Part shown: positions 63,411 to 64,000 of the stretch, one piece after another | Layout of the letters: the number at the start of each line of letters is the position of its first letter | Position numbering within the stretch: the stretch's first letter is position 1 | NCBI GenBank assembly: GCA_951406725.2 | Contig: OX597828.1 | Coordinates: 25,048,001-25,112,000 of the forward strand | Origin: Octopus vulgaris | Lineage: Eukaryota | Length of the DNA: 64,000 nucleotides | Direction: 5' to 3' | Program-made: the position numbers and the translations under genes | The notes under the pieces: model-generated | Seen by the model: only the letters and a program-made list of their open reading frames with translations | The model's database searches: none | Told to the model about the DNA's origin: nothing

Positions 63411-64000
63411 ATTTCAAGGTCGTAATATAGAAAGGCACCCAGTTAACAAACAAAAACAGGATGAGCAGAGCCGAAACCACGTTCATAAATGTCTGCTCGG
63501 TGAGGGTTAACCGGGTCTAAACATCATCATCATTAACAATAGCAATCAAGTGATCAAACCGAACCTCACTGTTCAGCACTGTAAACACCAGGAAATTTTG
63601 TATATAAATTCATCATTTCGTTACCCTGCTCTACTGAGTTTAGAGGGCGGGTTCTTTTTTAATTATTATTTTTTTCATTCTGATATTCTTTTACTTGTTT
63701 CCGGCCATGCTGGAACACCGCTTGAGGATGTTTAATCGAGCAAGTTGATAGCGGTGTCTTTTTAATGTCTGATATATATTTTATTTGTATCTCGCCGAAT
63801 CGCAATATAGCCGATGTCGAAAGGATTTAGAAACTTCGAGAGAACGTGAAATAATTCTTTAGGTGGGGGGGGACGGTGAAACTTGAAGCAGATAAAGCGA
63901 TAACATTAGCGTAAGTATTGGATTTTAAAATCCGTTCGATAGAAGGAGTCAATGGCGGCGAGCTGGTAGAAACGTTAGCACGCCGGGCGAAATGCTTAGC

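Overview
AT-rich, microsatellite- and transposon-dense animal DNA; the SINE and repeat landscape suggests a cephalopod such as Octopus (inference). Most ORFs in the track are translations of simple repeats. Two spliced minus-strand genes can be assembled by hand with consistent GT-AG phases. (1) The last 8 coding exons of a peptidyl-alpha-hydroxyglycine alpha-amidating lyase (PAL, the NHL beta-propeller of PAM), 59901->46787, ending with no transmembrane tail. (2) An uncharacterised >=532-aa protein (28859->17755) with a perilipin-like helix, a basic RKRK motif and an acidic tail of 8-aa repeats. Other repeats: mariner/Tc1 relics, non-autonomous Helitrons, R4/Dong-like and RTE LINE ends, and three tRNA-derived SINE families. 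The most striking unexplained signal is a set of unrelated short non-coding elements, many of them fold-back palindromes in (TA)n or flanked by TSDs, each carrying a minimal type-I hammerhead ribozyme (HHR) motif with a palindromic stem III, as known for Penelope-like elements (PLEs). The core 3-8 pair covaries across families (C-G, U-A, G-C). One family joins a tRNA-derived Pol III head to the hammerhead, i.e. a candidate PLE-mobilised ribozyme SINE. All coordinates and folds were worked out by eye; no searches were run.
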